IMG/VR virus record: IMGVR_UViG_3300032017_000004 | Location: 1 to 24,655 of that record | DNA: 24,655 nt | Origin: a virus | Taxonomy: Duplodnaviria; Caudoviricetes | Direction: 5' to 3' (one strand) | Shown here: positions 23,563 through 24,655 of the stretch, piece by piece | Numbering within the stretch: the stretch's first letter is position 1 | Layout of the letters: the number at the start of each line of letters is the position of its first letter | Translations under genes and position numbers: made by a program | The notes under the pieces: generated by a model | What the model saw: only the letters and a program-made list of their open reading frames with translations | Database searches by the model: none | Told to the model about the DNA's origin: nothing

Positions 23563-24189
23563 TCAGTCGTTCAGGCGACCGGCGCAGGGCAGGGTGTTGT
23601 AGGCCATGTAGTTCTCCTTGACCGAGTCCTCGCCGAACTCCTCCGGGGAGTAGATGTGGGCGGTGATCTCGGTGTGGGAGTGAGCCATCAGGGTCTCCTT
23701 GGAGTAGCCCTGCTTGCGGGTCTTCTTCTTGAGGTCGGCGCACCCGAAGGCGTGGACCTCGGGCTCGCCCATCCCGCCGTAGACGAGGGTCAGCTTGACC
23801 GGGGTCGTGTCGATCTCCTGCTCGGCGACAGCGGCCTTGACCTCGGCCTCGTCGTCGCTGAGGGCCTGGTCGGCCTCGGAGTCGTACTCCTCGGTCGCCG
23901 CGACCTTGCCGGTCAGCTTGGCGAGCTCGGCCTCCAGCTTGGCCTTCTTGCGGGCCGCGCTGGCCTTCTTGGTGGCGGCTGCAGCGGCCTTCTTGGCGGC
24001 CAGGACGGCCTGGTTCTCGGGGGAGGCCTGGAAGTCCATCCGGAAGATCACGGCGAGCTGGACGGTCTTGAGGTCGGGCTTGATGCCGGTCTCGGCCTCG
24101 ATCCACTCGGCGAAGTGGCGGTGGAGCTCGGTCGGCTCGACAGCTGCGCGCTCGGCGATGGTCTTCGCGGTGGCGGTGGTCTTGTTCAT
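23563..24189 (-). CDS. unknown protein, PTELH family paralog 3 (extra C-terminal domain)
   Basis: PTELHRHFAEW...DLKTVQLAVIFRMDFQASPENQA; GAGGAG RBS. Confidence 0.88.
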   Translation of the reverse strand: MNKTTATAKTIAERAAVEPTELHRHFAEWIEAETGIKPDLKTVQLAVIFRMDFQASPENQAVLAAKKAAAAATKKASAARKKAKLEAELAKLTGKVAATEEYDSEADQALSDDEAEVKAAVAEQEIDTTPVKLTLVYGGMGEPEVHAFGCADLKKKTRKQGYSKETLMAHSHTEITAHIYSPEEFGEDSVKENYMAYNTLPCAGRLND

Positions 24190-24210
24190 CGTGATCTCCT
24201 CGGTGGTGTT

Positions 24211-24259
24211 CCCTCTTGCTTACAGAGAGAACTCTACGCCAGTCCAGTCCAGTTGGCTA
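24211..24259 (-). promoter_or_regulatory. repeated promoter motif P4 (variant)
   Basis: TAGCCA-N17-TAGAGT-TCTCTCTGTAAGCAAGAGGG. Confidence 0.65.
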
Positions 24260-24343
24260 CCTCCAACCGCGACTTTCTTCAAGATTCTTTTCCAGCACCC
24301 CGTGGCGCGGCCGCCCGGCGGGGAGTCCGGGCGGCTGGCCGGT

Positions 24344-24547
24344 TCAGTGGGTCTTGCAGATCCGGTACTCGCGGACCGTGGGCATCCCGTAGTAGACGGG
24401 GCGCGGGCTGCCGTCCTCGTTGGTGTACAGGATCGGCTCGGAGTGGATCACGGTCTCGCCGTAGGTGGTGCTGATCTTGCACAGGCCGCAGATTGCCGGC
24501 ATGGCCGCGATCTCCAGGGCGATCTGCGCGTGCTGCTCGGGGCTCAT
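24344..24547 (-). CDS. small protein with CxxC...CxxH
   Basis: 67 aa, GAGGAGG RBS. Confidence 0.7.
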   Translation of the reverse strand: MSPEQHAQIALEIAAMPAICGLCKISTTYGETVIHSEPILYTNEDGSPRPVYYGMPTVREYRICKTH

Positions 24548-24655
24548 CTCAGGTCCTCCTCGTTGTGTAACGGTACCGCTACGGGCCCCGGGCCGGTTGC
24601 CCGGAGCCCTGGCCTGACTAGGACTGCGCGAGGCCGGAGAGGGTGCCGTAGGCCC

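Noticed and set aside
188-24474. Long plus-strand ORFs (e.g. 188-1624, 1691-3022, 8759-10183, 12969-14885, 21089-22987, 23470-24474)
   Set aside because: Antisense shadows of GC3-rich minus-strand genes; no recognisable motifs.

Overview
A high-GC actinobacteriophage-like genome segment with all credible genes on the minus strand; the long + strand ORFs are antisense shadows. The left part (1-15.3 kb) is a replication, recombination and nucleotide-metabolism module: DnaE-type polymerase, Nmad1/DUF1599-like protein, HAD phosphatase, FAD oxidoreductase, degenerate EndoV-like glycosylase, TerD, a tRNA-like gene with an aberrant anticodon arm, SSB, AAA_24 ATPase, Cas4-like nuclease, SNF2 helicase and dCMP deaminase. 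The right part (15.3-24.6 kb) holds small, probably early genes. The main observation is nine complete type II hammerhead ribozymes on the coding strand between 17.7 and 23.1 kb, each just upstream of a Shine-Dalgarno sequence and start codon, which suggests the polycistronic transcript cuts itself into gene-sized mRNAs. The region also has a four-copy promoter motif, two copies of an unrecognised ~205-nt structured RNA between promoter and first ribozyme, and three paralogs of an unknown protein. Protein calls come from motif recognition by eye; no searches or folding programs were run.
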